NCBI GenBank assembly: GCA_038087875.1 | Contig: JAXLNO010002112.1 | Location: forward strand, 62,001-126,000 | DNA length: 64,000 bases | Source of the DNA: Malacoraja senta | Lineage: Eukaryota | Direction of reading: 5' to 3' | Part shown: piece by piece, positions 62,557 to 64,000 of the stretch | Layout of the letters: each line of letters begins with the position of its first letter | How positions within the stretch are numbered: position 1 is the first letter of the stretch | The notes under the pieces: generated by a model | Database searches by the model: none | Seen by the model: the letters and a program-made list of their open reading frames with translations, nothing else | Told to the model about the DNA's origin: nothing | Translations under genes and position numbers: made by a program

Positions 62557-64000
62557 CCTAATCCCAACAATAAGCAGTTATGCCATGAAGTGCAATAAAA
62601 TATAGAACAATTGAAAACATAACTAAATCTCTCAACGTGTAACTGGGTTTGACTTTGCCAATTTGGTTTGGCCTGCTTATTGGCCAAGGTCAACACCGTA
62701 TAAGATCCCATAATGTTGTTGCCACTTCGCTCAGATCCTGCAATTGCTCTGCTTTTGTGCTCTGGTAGTTCCTCCAATTGCTTTTCTGCAACATATGTAA
62801 TCTTCAAAGCATCCTTTGCTTAGAGAGACACGGTATCTATAAGCATAAACAAATAACTCATGAGAGAATGTATTTAAGTGTGTTAGGAGAGTACTGTTGA
62901 CCAAAACGCTGGGACAATGTACATGGTGACATCCAACTCTGCTTTAGTCTCATCTAATACATCATTGACAATGCAGCAACCTCAACCTTGTGATGTTCAT
63001 GGAATCAGAGTGGGCTGTTTATGTCCTCATGTTAAACCTATCAGTTCACATGTTTATCCTTGATTTTCTACCTCTGTGTTGCTATTCTGCACTAGCCCCA
63101 CATCCCATGGTTTATTTTAATATCTAAAGAGCTATTGATCTCTGCCTTGAACATACTTAGTGACTGGGAGACACAAGTTTGGAAGTTTGAGTTTTAAAAA
63201 AACCAGTGCTGGATGAACTCAGTGGGTCAGGCAGCATCAGAGGGAAGTGGACAGATGAAATTTCAGGTAGGGACCATTCATGATGGAATGGGGGGAGAAA
63301 ATGGCATTGAAGGGGATGTGATGGAGTGCAGCAAGCGGCAGAAAAATGTTTGCTTTTGATTTGTTTTTTGTTGGCATTAAATTGGAAATGGAGAATAAAT
63401 TGGAGAACTGATATAATTCAAGCTAATTCTATTAATTTGAAAGTGGCATTTGGTGAATTCAAGAAAGCTATTGACTCTGATGAATCTGAAAAACAAGTGG
63501 TTAAAAAGACGCCAATCCCAATGAATACCTGGCTAAATTATTATAATTTTGGCGAGGGTCTCTGCAGAACGTAGGAACTGATTTTTCATGGTGACAAGAT
63601 TTTCATGGGTACAGAACATGAACAATCAAAGTTATTATTTTCCTACTTTGCAACTTGAGATACTTCATTTCCCAGGAAGCACAACAGTGTTTATGATGCA
63701 AGGGCTTGAGAGAACAGGCCGTTTGGTGGTAGTGTGTAAAGTGCTACTTTTGTGAATTGCAAATGATGGAAGGAACAAGAATCCTAATTTGTTTAATTAG
63801 CTGCCGTTGAGTGGAATTAGTAAATTATTCTAACATCGAAGGATCAATGCAGAAAGTCTCTATCAACCCATAATTTCCTACTTTTCACACTAAAATGGGA
63901 AGATTCCATATTGGAAGCATATTTATCATGTAACTCTGTGATTGTTGTTTGCTTATTGTTGACTTAAGGATTGAAAATAGTTGCCAATTGATTGATGTCT

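Overview
Vertebrate genomic DNA, very probably a cartilaginous fish (skate/ray-like, inferred from HE1/V-SINE, HER1/CR1 LINE and Penelope repeats). The window holds the last coding exon and 3' UTR of ABHD17C (3143-3362, +) and then the 5' part of a large + strand CEMIP/TMEM2-family hyaluronidase gene that runs past the window end. I assembled that gene by hand from GT-AG sites and exon phases: 8280-8287 (or 7342-7349), 10892-11244 (cytoplasmic tail + TM), 18911-19396 (novel 162-aa stalk with an RxxR furin-like site), then 12 G8/GG/PbH1 exons from 36865 to 61762. It sits where mammals have CEMIP (next to ABHD17C) but has TMEM2/CEMIP2 architecture. It also has a second GC-box/CCAAT/TATA promoter just upstream of the G8 exon, which would bypass the TM. 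The introns carry many Penelope-derived short elements with minimal hammerhead ribozyme motifs, several as fold-back palindromes with 12-16 bp target-site duplications. Also present are a nested Penelope-in-hairpin insertion, a young CpG-rich MITE, a candidate non-autonomous Helitron, CR1 LINE fragments and SINEs. Protein comparisons are from recalled human sequences, not from a database search; repeat boundaries are approximate unless TSDs are given.
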